The position numbers were made by a program, and so were the translations under genes. Shown piece by piece: positions 28,983 to 39,777 of a DNA stretch of 64,000 nt. The stretch is from Candidatus Melainabacteria bacterium (GTDB lineage Bacteria; Cyanobacteriota; Vampirovibrionia; 2-02-FULL-35-15), in NCBI GenBank assembly GCA_023250195.1, contig JAHFBF010000001.1, positions 498,422 to 562,421 of the forward strand. The letters are read 5' to 3'. The notes beneath the pieces were generated by a model. That model was not told the origin of the DNA and did not search any database. It saw only the letters and a program-made list of their open reading frames with translations. Numbering within the stretch: position 1 is the stretch's first letter; each line of letters opens with the position of its first letter.

Positions 28983-30668
28983 ATGCAAGAAAAAAGTGTT
29001 ATTCTAAACTTAGTAGTTTCTTACATTAAAAAATATGGTCTTATTTCAGCTATTTTCCTTTTAGCACCATATTATGTTTTAACTCCACTATTCAAATTCC
29101 AAACATGGCATAGTGCTCATGACTCAACTGGAACTATAGTAGCTGCTTGGAGTATAGTAAAAACTCTTCGAGAAGATTTACATTTCCCGGTTGTATGGTT
29201 TCCTGACGACTTTGTTTTTAATGGCAGTCCATTTTGGGGATTTTATCAACCGCTTTCATATTTAATCGTTTATATAATGTCTCTTATCACTTCAAACTTT
29301 GATAAAAATTATATTTTTTCTGCACTTAAAGCCGCTGTATATTTATCATTTTTAATCTCTGAATTAGGAATGTTCCTATTAATAAGAACAATACTTAAAC
29401 AATCTTCAATTAAAAATATTATAGGAGTGTTTGGAGGACTGTTATATCTTTTGTCCCCTTACAGATTTATTGATCTATATTCCCGTAGTGCATATTCGGA
29501 ATTATGGGTATTCGCCTGGATACCTTTTTATTTTCTAGGATTTTATCAATTACTTTTTCATAAAGAGCCAAAAGCTTCAATACTAATTTCACTTTCAGTC
29601 ATTTTTCTATTTGCAAGTCACTTTATGCCATCTTTGTTTTTTGTAATATTTATGAACTTGGGATTCCTTATTTTTTTAATCTTAAAAAGAAATTTATTTG
29701 CCTTTATAAATGAGAATCCTAAACTTATTCTTTACTGGGCAGTTTCTCATTTCATTGGATTCCTTTTCTCCTGTTTTTATCTCATACCTGCAATGCTTAA
29801 TATAAAGTATGTAGTCGGTGACATTACTGGTTTTGAAAGAATAAATTTAGCTCATGTACTAGAACATGTAAGTTGGTGTTTTGGCATGTTGGATTTAACT
29901 AACTTTAATGGTCCATGGCAAGTGGGTCAAATTTTTTTATTGGGTGTAATTGCTTTCAATTTTTACCTTTTAAGTAACAAAAATCAAAAATTTAGAGAGC
30001 TGTTGGTTTTTTTAAATATCTTAATAATGATTAATTTTTTATTTTTAATGAGCAAGACTTTATGGGGTATTTTACCTAAACCATTGTACGCACTACAATT
30101 TTCTTGGCGCTTGTTTTTAGTTTACTCATTTATTGCTTCTCTTATAATTTCATTATTCGTATATGAGATAAAACTGAAAGTTCATTTTCTAATCATACTT
30201 CTTGCAATGCATTTTTACACAGGTTATCGCTTTCTCTATTATGGACAAGGTGATGTAGTAGCTCAATATTTTAATGTTGAGTCTTGGATAAATGACATTT
30301 ACAAAAAAAGCTTCGTAACTAGCATAGGTGGAATAGCTTACTCGTTATTACCAAAGACTCATTCACCAACTTTATTTAATTATGTAAATCAAACTCAGTT
30401 AGGAAATAATGAAAAATACTCAAACACATCTCTTTTAGATTTAAAGCCTGGAGTTAATATCAATTATTTCAATCGTAAAGGGAATACTTACAAATATGAG
30501 TTTCTAAGTGAAAGACCCTTTTTTATTATTTTTAAACAGTATTTTTATCCTTCATGGAAATTATATATTGATTCAAAGGAGTCTAAAAATATTTATCTTA
30601 CCAATTATGGTTTTATAGGATTTGAGGTTGCTCAAGGCAGGCATTCTGTCACAATAAAAACTAACTGA
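28983..30668 (+). CDS. Polytopic membrane protein, GT-C-like (YfhO/PTPS-related type), paralog of 21513-23348
   Basis: WHSAHDSTG...FPVVWFPDDFVFNGSPFWGFYQPLSYL loop, many TM helices, and a C-terminal YFYPSWKLYIDSKE...VAQGRHSVTIK module. ATG at 28983 is preferred over the TTG at 28965. Confidence 0.7.
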   Translation: MQEKSVILNLVVSYIKKYGLISAIFLLAPYYVLTPLFKFQTWHSAHDSTGTIVAAWSIVKTLREDLHFPVVWFPDDFVFNGSPFWGFYQPLSYLIVYIMSLITSNFDKNYIFSALKAAVYLSFLISELGMFLLIRTILKQSSIKNIIGVFGGLLYLLSPYRFIDLYSRSAYSELWVFAWIPFYFLGFYQLLFHKEPKASILISLSVIFLFASHFMPSLFFVIFMNLGFLIFLILKRNLFAFINENPKLILYWAVSHFIGFLFSCFYLIPAMLNIKYVVGDITGFERINLAHVLEHVSWCFGMLDLTNFNGPWQVGQIFLLGVIAFNFYLLSNKNQKFRELLVFLNILIMINFLFLMSKTLWGILPKPLYALQFSWRLFLVYSFIASLIISLFVYEIKLKVHFLIILLAMHFYTGYRFLYYGQGDVVAQYFNVESWINDIYKKSFVTSIGGIAYSLLPKTHSPTLFNYVNQTQLGNNEKYSNTSLLDLKPGVNINYFNRKGNTYKYEFLSERPFFIIFKQYFYPSWKLYIDSKESKNIYLTNYGFIGFEVAQGRHSVTIKTN

Positions 30669-30681
30669 CATAATTAATAAT

Positions 30682-31668
30682 ATGACTCAAAGTTACTCAA
30701 AAGAATCTGTTAAGCCTTCAATTAAATTAGAAACTGTTAGTTGTTGCTTATGTAACTCTACAGAATCCAGCATTATTTCTGAAGGTACAGACTATGAATA
30801 TGAAAGTATTCCCGGAACATTTACTTTCCACAAGTGCAAGAAATGTAATCATTTATATTTAAATCCAAGACCAACCTTATCTTCCGCATCATTGTTATAT
30901 CCTGAAGATTATAAATATCCTCCAATTCCAGAACCTAAAAATAATTTGTTAGGTAAAGTTCATTTCCTAACTAAAATTATAAATAAGATAACGTTAAACA
31001 GAATTGGAAAAATTTTAAACTCGGTTCCAAATAATGGAACTGTCTTGGAAGTTGGGTTTGGAGAAGGAGAAACACTGGCACTTATTAAAAAAGCCAGAAA
31101 AGATTGCTGTGTAATAGGAGTTGATATTAAAATTGATAATAAAGTTAAAGCTTTTTTAGAGAAACAAGGCATTACAGCCAAAGAGAGCCCTTTTGAAGAT
31201 TTTGTTTCTCATCCAGATACTATTGATTTAATAATAATGACTCAAGTAATAGAACATTTCTGGAATTTACAGGATTGTATAAAGAAAGTCAGGGAAATAC
31301 TTAAGCCGGGAGGAATAGTAGTTGTAGCAACTCCCAATGGAGCTGGTTATGATAGAAAGTTATGGGCTGATGGGTGCTGGGGAGGATTTTATTGGCCTAG
31401 GCATTTGAATATTTTTACACCAGAATCACTAACAAAATTATTCAACGATAACAAACTGGAAAAAGTAAAAATTCAATTCCTCCTTTCTCCAGTTGGCTGG
31501 GGACAATCAATTCGCAATAAACTAAAAAGTAATGGGCATAAAAATCTTGCAAAAATAATTAATCCATTTAGCCCTGTACTTCTTTCAATTTTCACCATAA
31601 TGGAAATTTGTGCATTAATTCTTGGCTTACAGACTTCCAACATGCAAGCAATATTTCAAAAAAAATAA
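30682..31668 (+). CDS. Class I SAM-dependent methyltransferase with an N-terminal Cys4 zinc ribbon and a C-terminal hydrophobic tail
   Basis: CCLCNS...HKCKKCNH, then SAM motif I VLEVGFGEGE, then VVATPN. The C-terminal LLSIFTIMEICALILGL is hydrophobic. Confidence 0.8.
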   Translation: MTQSYSKESVKPSIKLETVSCCLCNSTESSIISEGTDYEYESIPGTFTFHKCKKCNHLYLNPRPTLSSASLLYPEDYKYPPIPEPKNNLLGKVHFLTKIINKITLNRIGKILNSVPNNGTVLEVGFGEGETLALIKKARKDCCVIGVDIKIDNKVKAFLEKQGITAKESPFEDFVSHPDTIDLIIMTQVIEHFWNLQDCIKKVREILKPGGIVVVATPNGAGYDRKLWADGCWGGFYWPRHLNIFTPESLTKLFNDNKLEKVKIQFLLSPVGWGQSIRNKLKSNGHKNLAKIINPFSPVLLSIFTIMEICALILGLQTSNMQAIFQKK

Positions 31669-31689
31669 CATTACTTACTGAACTCAGCT

Positions 31690-33042
31690 TTACGATACAG
31701 CAAAACAACTTTCTACTTCTATCGTAAATAAAAGATAAATTTGCACAATAATCCCAACAAACATAGCTTTAATCAATATATTGGATAAAATAGATTTTTG
31801 CTCTATAGAATTAATATACAAAACAGCCCAGCAAACCCATGTCCAGCAAATATAACGATATTCCATATTACGATGTGGAAGTGTAGGAAAAATCGGAATA
31901 GATACTATCTGGAAGAGATGAATAATAAGAAGCATTAAAAATGAAAGTTTTGAGATATTCGATTTAAAAGCAAATTTTAAAGCGATTAAATAAGCAATCA
32001 AATGGGTAAAAAATATAATCCAAGTAAACATAACATTTGGAACATTAAATAAATACTCACCAATTACAGAAGTAACAAATGAAACTGAGAAATAATCATA
32101 TCTCTTGGTTGATGGATGAACTGTGTACCACCAGGGATGTAGCCAGGGCTCATCCCATTCATGAGTATAATCAACTTTATTTATTTGCCAACTAGGAATT
32201 CTAAGTACTAGACCAACAAGATTTTTTACTTGTACTACATCAAATTTTGTAGTATCCATCTCCCCATTAAAACTAGTTGATAGTAATCTTCCTGTATTTT
32301 TATAATTGTGAAAATATAAATAAGGTGATAAGAGAACTAAAGAAAGAATCAGTATACTTATAATTCGAGTTTGAACAAGATTAGGCAGTTTTAATTTTAG
32401 TAAATTTTTTAGACAAATTAAAGCAACCGCAGCAATTGGAAATAAAACTGTATACTTTGTATAAAGCCCTAGAGTAGACACACTAAGTAAGGCAAGAGCT
32501 AAAGAGTTATTCCATTTGGTATACAGTCTGTAACTGAGCACTACAATGGCTGTAGATAATAAAGTTGTTAAAGAATCATTTGAATAAGTGCTAAAAACAA
32601 AAATAAATTTTGGCGTAGTACAAATAAACATTAATACCAGTGCTTGTAGTATTTGATTCTGAGACACTTGAGAAAGAATCCATGCAATAATTAACAACTC
32701 TATTAATCCATATAGTACTGATACGCCCCTGCCATAGTTAACATGCGTTATTTTATCTTTCTCTACTTCTGACTTTAAATCAGGTACATCAATAAAACTA
32801 TTAATTAAATAGTAAAGTGGGGGTTGCCAGGTTTCATATCCAGCGTATGGGTGTGGCAACTTATTCATTTGTGCAATATATCTCGTATATTCAAAATGAG
32901 CTCCCATATCATGAGCTCTACAATAATGTGGAGTACGTAAACAATAACCAGTTATAACCAAAAGCCAAAGGAGTATAACTGGTATCAGAAATTTGTTTTT
33001 AAAAAGATTATTGAAGAAATTTGTCATTTGAAAAAATAACAT
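31690..33042 (-). CDS. Polytopic membrane protein, GT-C-like (PMT/ArnT-type)
   Basis: About 11 TM helices. The first loop AHDMGAHFEYTRYI...YETWQPPLYYL resembles the Asp-containing loop and PPLYY motif of the GT39/GT83 families. Confidence 0.65.
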   Translation of the reverse strand: MLFFQMTNFFNNLFKNKFLIPVILLWLLVITGYCLRTPHYCRAHDMGAHFEYTRYIAQMNKLPHPYAGYETWQPPLYYLINSFIDVPDLKSEVEKDKITHVNYGRGVSVLYGLIELLIIAWILSQVSQNQILQALVLMFICTTPKFIFVFSTYSNDSLTTLLSTAIVVLSYRLYTKWNNSLALALLSVSTLGLYTKYTVLFPIAAVALICLKNLLKLKLPNLVQTRIISILILSLVLLSPYLYFHNYKNTGRLLSTSFNGEMDTTKFDVVQVKNLVGLVLRIPSWQINKVDYTHEWDEPWLHPWWYTVHPSTKRYDYFSVSFVTSVIGEYLFNVPNVMFTWIIFFTHLIAYLIALKFAFKSNISKLSFLMLLIIHLFQIVSIPIFPTLPHRNMEYRYICWTWVCWAVLYINSIEQKSILSNILIKAMFVGIIVQIYLLFTIEVESCFAVS

Positions 33043-33147
33043 TTACATCACAAAAATTATAGCTTAGGCACCTGTTCTTTTACTAAGAATAAGCCAACCT
33101 GTTATAAACTTATCAGTGATAAAAATAATTAACCTGGATTTATAATA

Positions 33148-34029
33148 ATGAAAAAAAAGATTTCCTCCGAATGCTGGCTCTGTAATTCAAAAGAATTGGA
33201 AATTGCAAAACTTTCTAATTTAGATGAAACAAAGCAGGAAAGCTCATTTGTAATCAGTGGAAGAGACTACGGAATTACAGGAGAAATGCATCACTGTCAA
33301 AATTGTGATTTTTTGCAGTGGTCTGATATGAACGATGTTTTGCCTTTTTATGAAAATACAATGGAAGATCCTACATATGAATCACTGCGCAAAGGACGGT
33401 CACTGCAAGCAAGAAAAGTTGTAGAAAAAATAATTAAATACAAAAAACAAGGGAAGTTATTAGATGTTGGTGCAGGGAGTGGCATACTTGTTGAACAAGC
33501 TATCAAAACAGGATATAAAGCTGAAGGAATTGAGCCATCCAGATGGTTTCAAGAAAAAGCAACTGAATTAGGGCTTCCTGTTTATTTAGGAAGTCTCCCT
33601 CATTCCAACCTTAGAGGTCCTTATGAAATAGTCACTCTTATTGATGTAATAGAACATGTTTCCAATCCTATTGAACTACTACTAGAAATAAAAAAAATAA
33701 CTACTACAAACAGTATCATTGTAATAATTACACCAGATCGTGGTTCAATACCAGCAAAGCTTCTTGGCTGGAAATGGTGGAATTACAAACCTGGTCACAT
33801 TGGTTACTTTAATAATAAAACTATAGAATTTGCCACTCAAAAAGCAGGCTTAAAGCAGATAAAATTATGTTATAGACCAGCGTTATATTACCCATTAGGA
33901 TTTATCGCAGAAAGAGTAAAATTATACCTGCCAAAATTTTTGCAATTCCCTATACCACAGTTTTTTCAAAATCTGATCCTGCCACTTGATTTGAAAGATT
34001 CATTAATGGGAATATATACTCTTAAATAA
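33148..34029 (+). CDS. Class I SAM-dependent methyltransferase with an N-terminal zinc ribbon
   Basis: CWLCNS...HHCQNCDF, then LLDVGAGSGIL (motif I), then LIDVIEHV. Confidence 0.8.
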   Translation: MKKKISSECWLCNSKELEIAKLSNLDETKQESSFVISGRDYGITGEMHHCQNCDFLQWSDMNDVLPFYENTMEDPTYESLRKGRSLQARKVVEKIIKYKKQGKLLDVGAGSGILVEQAIKTGYKAEGIEPSRWFQEKATELGLPVYLGSLPHSNLRGPYEIVTLIDVIEHVSNPIELLLEIKKITTTNSIIVIITPDRGSIPAKLLGWKWWNYKPGHIGYFNNKTIEFATQKAGLKQIKLCYRPALYYPLGFIAERVKLYLPKFLQFPIPQFFQNLILPLDLKDSLMGIYTLK

Positions 34030-34058
34030 ATCTTACTTTAATTATTTGTACGACCAGG

Positions 34059-34778
34059 TTAAATGTTTTTCAAGAAAAATTTGTATTCAATTATATAAAA
34101 GAGTGCAATAAAAAAATCTTTCCAGCTTCCACCTTTTTTTCCTTCTTCAAAAGAACGTCCACTATAACTTATAGGAACTTCTTTAATTTTCACACCCCTT
34201 TTTAACAGCTTATTTGTAACTTCAGAGCAAAACTCAAATCCACGACACTTTAAATTTAGACTTTTTATAAGTTCCGATTTAAAAGCTTTATATGCTGTAA
34301 ACTGGTCTGTTATTTTTATTCCATACAGAATACTTATTAAAACATTGAGCACTGTACTTCCCATTTTATTTAAGAATTTCATTTTCTTTATAGAACCAAT
34401 AAATCGTGATCCATACACTACATCAGCTTCACCCGCTAATATAGGCGCAATAATACTACTATAATCTTTTGGATCATATTCAAGATCACCATCTTGTATG
34501 ATTACGATATCTCCCTTGGCTTTTTTAATTCCCATACGAACAGCAGTTCCTTTACCACAATTTAAAATCAAATCATGTATTGTAATTTTATCTGCAAATT
34601 CTTTAAGAATTTCAGCTGTATGATCTATAGAACCATCATCTATAACTATTATTTCTTTTTTAACTCCTTCCGGTAAAGGAGCTGCAATTATTCGTTCTAA
34701 TATCTGCTTGAGGTGCATTCCCTCGTTATAAACAGGCATTATAACTGACAATAAAGTATTATTTTTGTTTTCTGGCAT
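34059..34778 (-). CDS. GT2 polyprenyl-phosphate glycosyltransferase (DPM1-like)
   Basis: LSVIMPVYNEG...VIDDGSIDHT...IQDGDLEYDP...YGSRF. 239 aa. Confidence 0.85.
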   Translation of the reverse strand: MPENKNNTLLSVIMPVYNEGMHLKQILERIIAAPLPEGVKKEIIVIDDGSIDHTAEILKEFADKITIHDLILNCGKGTAVRMGIKKAKGDIVIIQDGDLEYDPKDYSSIIAPILAGEADVVYGSRFIGSIKKMKFLNKMGSTVLNVLISILYGIKITDQFTAYKAFKSELIKSLNLKCRGFEFCSEVTNKLLKRGVKIKEVPISYSGRSFEEGKKGGSWKDFFIALFYIIEYKFFLKNI

Positions 34779-35032
34779 TAATTTTTGTCAAAAGTCTTTA
34801 ATATACTCCTAAATATTCAAAGTACTATTATATTAAAACTTTAGACTCAAATTGAATACAAACTTTAGTCAATTGTCACCTTTTTATATTAATTACATTT
34901 TCTCTATCTTAATAGAAGAACAAACTGAAAAATTGGGGAACCATTTATAATCGAAATGATAAAAAATTGCAATGATACAATTGCCTTATAAATGAATAAC
35001 AAAATTATTAGTGTACAAACTTATCTAGAAAT

Positions 35033-36634
35033 ATGAATAATATGATTTATGTGCTTGGTTCAGGTCCTGCAGGAGTTTCCTGTGCTTACTCTTTAGTTCA
35101 GCAAGGGTTAGAAGTAACAATGTTAGATAGTGGCATAGAACTTGAATCAGGTAAAAAAAGAATTCTAGAAACACTTAGCAATAGTAACCCTGAAGATTGG
35201 AATAAAAATCTTTTAGATAAAATAAAGAACAATCCCGGAGTAACTAGTAGTGGGCTTGATGAAAAGTGGTCTTATGGATCCGATTTCCCATATCGTGATG
35301 TAGACAAATACATTCCAATGGAAACCAACAATGTTGTTATCAGGCAAAGCTTAGCAAAGGGCGGCTTAAGCAATGTTTGGGGCGCTGCTGTATTGCCTTA
35401 TATTGATAATGATATTGTAGATTGGCCTATTTCAATTAGCGATCTAACTTCACACTATGAAGCTGTTTTTTCTTTTATGAACCTAGCTGCTGTATCTGAT
35501 GACCTTGAATCAATATTTCCTTTATATAGTAAAAATTACTCCGCGCTCAACCAATCCAGACAAGCAATGCTTTTCAAAAAAGACCTTGAATCAAACAAAA
35601 GTAAATTAAAAGCCAATGGTTTTATTTTTGGCAACTCAAGGCTTGCAGTGCAAGCAACTCCCTTCAAAAAAAAACCAGGATGTGTTTATTGTGGCTTATG
35701 TTTATATGGTTGTCCTTATGGACTAATCTACAATTCGTCAGATACATTAAATGAATTGCTTTACAAAGAAAATTTTCATTATATAAATAATGTCATTGTT
35801 GAAAGATTAAAAGAATCAAATGGCATAGTAAGTATTTCTGGGAAATCAAGAATAAGTGGTGAGAAATTAGATTTTAGTGGTTCAAGGGTTTATTTGGCTT
35901 GTGGCACAGTTTCTTCTACTAAGATATTACTCGAATCTATGGAGGCTTACGAACAAGAAGTTAAAATGAAGGATAGTCAATTGTTTTTAGTTCCAATGAT
36001 CCGGTACAAAAAAGCTCCAGATACTACTAGTGAGAACTTATATACATTACCCCAGCTATTCATTGAATTATTTGACCAAAATATTACAAGAAAAACTATT
36101 AATCTTCAGATATATACCTACAACGATCTTTACTTAAACATAATTAAAAACAGTTTCATTGGTCTGACTTATCCTCTTTTCAAACCATTGATCAATGAAT
36201 TCTTAGATCGATTAATAATAACTATGGGGTTTTTACACTCAGATGACTCATCAACAATTTTATTGAAATTAAAAAAACCTAGAAATAATGCATCGAGTAC
36301 TCTAGCCTTTAAATCACAAATTAACAAAAATACAAAGAGAATTTTTAAGCAGGTGCTTAAAAAAATTTCTCAGAATAGAAGTATGTTTAAGGCAATACCT
36401 GTCTCCATCGCTTCAAAAATAAAAATGCCGGGTCAGGGCTATCATATAGGAGGAACCTTTCCAATGAAAAGAAAACCTTCAAGTTTTGAAACTGACGTTT
36501 TAGGTCGTCCTTGCGGCTTTAATAGAGTCCATGTTGTAGATTCTGCTGTTTTCCCAAGTGTTCCTGCAACTACAACTACTTTAACGATAATGGCTAATGC
36601 ACATAGAATAGCTTCCGCATTCCACGAATTATAA
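35033..36634 (+). CDS. FAD-dependent GMC-type oxidoreductase with an internal CxxCGxCxxGCP motif (paralog 1)
   Basis: N-terminal dinucleotide fold VLGSGPAGVSCA...EVTMLDSG. CVYCGLCLYGCP at 35681-35716. GMC-like C-terminus VHVVDSAVFPSVPATTTTLTIMANAHRIA. Confidence 0.7.
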   Translation: MNNMIYVLGSGPAGVSCAYSLVQQGLEVTMLDSGIELESGKKRILETLSNSNPEDWNKNLLDKIKNNPGVTSSGLDEKWSYGSDFPYRDVDKYIPMETNNVVIRQSLAKGGLSNVWGAAVLPYIDNDIVDWPISISDLTSHYEAVFSFMNLAAVSDDLESIFPLYSKNYSALNQSRQAMLFKKDLESNKSKLKANGFIFGNSRLAVQATPFKKKPGCVYCGLCLYGCPYGLIYNSSDTLNELLYKENFHYINNVIVERLKESNGIVSISGKSRISGEKLDFSGSRVYLACGTVSSTKILLESMEAYEQEVKMKDSQLFLVPMIRYKKAPDTTSENLYTLPQLFIELFDQNITRKTINLQIYTYNDLYLNIIKNSFIGLTYPLFKPLINEFLDRLIITMGFLHSDDSSTILLKLKKPRNNASSTLAFKSQINKNTKRIFKQVLKKISQNRSMFKAIPVSIASKIKMPGQGYHIGGTFPMKRKPSSFETDVLGRPCGFNRVHVVDSAVFPSVPATTTTLTIMANAHRIASAFHEL

Positions 36635-36673
36635 ATTACAGACAAAATAATATATTAGTTTTTCTAACCAATT

Positions 36674-38203
36674 TCAGCGATGAAACCATTTAGACAATAC
36701 CATTGATAATGGTTTGAACCACGATTCAATTTTTTCATATTCTTGCAGATTATGACCTCGTAGCTCATCATAATATCCCGTAATTGAAAAACTAATTCCA
36801 AAAAGTATACTACAAATTGCTGTTACAATCGAAAAGTATTTTAAAAACATTCTATATTTAGAATTTAGATCTAATACTGAATCAAAATAAAACCAGATTA
36901 TACAAGAACCTAAAATTAGTAATGTAGCAAAATCTGCAACATATCTCATCGTTGCACCGAATAACAGAGAAACTATAATTATCGATGAAACTGCTGTCAG
37001 CATTAAGATTGAGAACTCATAAATCGGGAAAATTATTTTATGTAAATTCTTGGAGCCTAAGCTAATTCGTTTAAAATAAAAAAGTGCTCCAATGATAATT
37101 AACAGAGTAAATGGAATGCCAGTAAAGACGCCAACAACCTTTTCAAGCCTGTAAGGAGCAGGAACTGGAATTGGAAATTCTGGTGGAGTTGGTAAAGAAG
37201 GATTAGAGTGAAATAAATATACAGAAGATGGGAATAAATGGAAATATGGGAAATGTATATTTATAGTGGGCTTTTGCATTAAATAAAAATAAAGACCTGG
37301 ACCAATTCTTCTAAAATCTAATTTCTTTGCATGCCTATAGTCTTCAGCAGCAAGTTGATAAGAAGAACCAAACTCAAATGGATTATCAAAGCGGGAGTAA
37401 TTATATGCAACTATTAGAACTAAGCATAGTGCAAATGGTGTTAATAAAGCTAAACAAGTTTTAATTCTTGCTTTTAAGCCTGCTTTTTGTTGAATTGATT
37501 TTAGATAAACTAACAATACAATAGTTCCAACAACTATAGCTCCAACAACTATAAAGTGTGGACGAGCACCTGAAGCTAATCCTAAAAATAGACTTCCTAA
37601 TATAATTAGACTTATAGAGAGATTTGAGTTAGAAAAAGCTCTGGAAAAAAGATACAAAGCACCTGTTAGAAAAAATAACCCACATGAAATAGCTACATCA
37701 TATACTGCAATAAAACGTAATAAGAAAGGTGCAACATTTGCAAAACCCAATACTACAATACTAAGAAGAATCTTCCATTCTTTGACCTCTTGAAAGTATT
37801 TTCTTTGTAAAAACAATAGAAAAGCTACAGACCATAAAAATCCTCCAAAGCTAAAAAAGAATATTGCAAAGCCATCAGGCATGTTATTTCCTGTAATAAG
37901 TTTGTATGGTAGTAGCAACGTTAGTACAGGAGTAATACCAAAATATAGATAATATTTACCTTTATACAGCGAGGCATCATGAAGTCTATAAGGGCCATTT
38001 TGATTTGGATCATAAGGATCACTTAGTGCTAGTAGTTGTGGGCTAGGTTCAATAAGTAGATGAGGCTTACCTGCAAGGAAAGCATCAGTGAGCAAAGCAT
38101 AATAAGAAGGATGATTTACATACAGTTGAAAATCACCTCTCCCAACAGTAGCTGTCCAAACATAAAACATTAAAATTATTAGTAAGCAAAGTTTAAGTTT
38201 CAT
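36674..38203 (-). CDS. Polytopic membrane protein, probable GT-C-like glycosyltransferase
   Basis: About 12 TM helices. The first extracytoplasmic loop is LSDPYDPNQNGPYRLHDASLYKGKYYLYFGITP. No soluble domain, and the family assignment is uncertain. Confidence 0.55.
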   Translation of the reverse strand: MKLKLCLLIILMFYVWTATVGRGDFQLYVNHPSYYALLTDAFLAGKPHLLIEPSPQLLALSDPYDPNQNGPYRLHDASLYKGKYYLYFGITPVLTLLLPYKLITGNNMPDGFAIFFFSFGGFLWSVAFLLFLQRKYFQEVKEWKILLSIVVLGFANVAPFLLRFIAVYDVAISCGLFFLTGALYLFSRAFSNSNLSISLIILGSLFLGLASGARPHFIVVGAIVVGTIVLLVYLKSIQQKAGLKARIKTCLALLTPFALCLVLIVAYNYSRFDNPFEFGSSYQLAAEDYRHAKKLDFRRIGPGLYFYLMQKPTINIHFPYFHLFPSSVYLFHSNPSLPTPPEFPIPVPAPYRLEKVVGVFTGIPFTLLIIIGALFYFKRISLGSKNLHKIIFPIYEFSILMLTAVSSIIIVSLLFGATMRYVADFATLLILGSCIIWFYFDSVLDLNSKYRMFLKYFSIVTAICSILFGISFSITGYYDELRGHNLQEYEKIESWFKPLSMVLSKWFHR

Positions 38204-38207
38204 AAAC

Positions 38208-39164
38208 TCATTTTTTAGCTACAACTTCTTTATTTAACATTTCTCTAATAGATCTTTTCACAGCTTCTTTTGAGTTATATTTTGATTTCCATCCAAGTTT
38301 GTGAATTTTTTCTAAGTTAAACCTTACAATTGGTACATCACCTTTCCAACCTCTTTTACCACCAGTATATTCAAATATTACATTTTCTAAATTCATTTCT
38401 TTAATTACTATGCTTGCTATTTCATTAACTGTAATATAGTCATCTGTTGCAACATTATAAATATTTACTATCTCATTTGTTTTTTTCGCTACAAACAGGA
38501 TTGCATCAATAACATCATTAACATGAATATATGATTTACTTTGAGTACCATCGCCAAGTATGGTTAGCTGTTTGGGCTCTTTTTTTAATTTGTTTATAAA
38601 ATCAAATCCTACTCCATGTGTTTGATTCTTTCCTATTACATTTGCAAAACGAAAAATCCATGATTGCATATCAAACATATTACAAAAAGCACTAATTATA
38701 GCTTCAGAACCCAGCTTGCAGGCTCCATACATAGAAGATGGCATTAGAGGTCCAAAGTCTTCAGGTGTTTCAGTTAAACCTACATCACCATATACACCGC
38801 TGCCAGAAGAATATACAATTTTCTTTATTCTATTTAATCTCATCGCTTCAAGTAAATTATATGTAGCAATTATACTTAAACGCAGATCCAGATCTGTCTC
38901 AATCATTGCTTTTGAAATATCTGGATTTGCAGCAAAATGAAAAATAAAATTATGGTCTTTAATTGATTCTTTTATAAGAGAGAGATCTAACAAATCACCT
39001 TTTATTAATTTAAATCTTTTATTATTTAAATATTTCTCTATATATGACAGTTTCCCTGAACAGAAGTTATCAAATACTGTAACCTCGTTAATATCATCTT
39101 CAAGCAGTTTATCTACTATTGTTGAACCAATAAAACCTGCTCCACCTGTAATAAGATATCTCAT
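38208..39164 (-). CDS. NAD-dependent sugar epimerase/dehydratase (extended SDR)
   Basis: ITGGAGFIGS Rossmann motif and YGACK catalytic YxxxK. 318 aa. Confidence 0.85.
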   Translation of the reverse strand: MRYLITGGAGFIGSTIVDKLLEDDINEVTVFDNFCSGKLSYIEKYLNNKRFKLIKGDLLDLSLIKESIKDHNFIFHFAANPDISKAMIETDLDLRLSIIATYNLLEAMRLNRIKKIVYSSGSGVYGDVGLTETPEDFGPLMPSSMYGACKLGSEAIISAFCNMFDMQSWIFRFANVIGKNQTHGVGFDFINKLKKEPKQLTILGDGTQSKSYIHVNDVIDAILFVAKKTNEIVNIYNVATDDYITVNEIASIVIKEMNLENVIFEYTGGKRGWKGDVPIVRFNLEKIHKLGWKSKYNSKEAVKRSIREMLNKEVVAKK

Positions 39165-39165
39165 A

Positions 39166-39777
39166 TTATTTTACAACACAGCTAAATAAATTTAGTCCAA
39201 ATTTATGATACTCCATACGAATTTTACTAGGCTTAAATCCTGCTTTTACTAATAAAGGCCACAAATCTTTTTTATCATAATACATCTTATGATCATCCAT
39301 TTCTTCTTTAGGGCTTAGTCCAAACCTAAAAGCTGAAATCTCAAGAAAGTACTTCCCTAACCATGTTGGCACATTAATAATTAATACTCCATCTTCTTTT
39401 AAAAGTTGGTAAGAGTCTTTCAAAGCAGCCAAAGGATTATCAAAGTGTTCTAAAACAGAGTTCATTAAAATTAAATTGAATGCATTTGGCACAGTTTTTT
39501 TTAATGCTGATTCAACAGATTCTTCAATGAAATTTAGATTTTCAATTTTTTTTAATCTGTCTGAAATTGAAACATCAATACCCGTACCACTTTCTATATA
39601 CGGAATAAGTGAGAAAAGAAGCCTAGCATCATATCCACATCCAATATCAAGACAAAAAATTGGCTTTTTAATTTGATTTATTATAGCTTTAATTTTTATC
39701 AATGATAAATAACCACCAAGCTTGTCTACAATGCTTAATTTATGTTCTTCTCCATATGATTTTTTTCTATTTGTCAT
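39166..39777 (-). CDS. Class I SAM-dependent methyltransferase
   Basis: CLDIGCGYD (motif I), LILMNSVLEHF, GVLIINVP. Confidence 0.8.
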   Translation of the reverse strand: MTNRKKSYGEEHKLSIVDKLGGYLSLIKIKAIINQIKKPIFCLDIGCGYDARLLFSLIPYIESGTGIDVSISDRLKKIENLNFIEESVESALKKTVPNAFNLILMNSVLEHFDNPLAALKDSYQLLKEDGVLIINVPTWLGKYFLEISAFRFGLSPKEEMDDHKMYYDKKDLWPLLVKAGFKPSKIRMEYHKFGLNLFSCVVK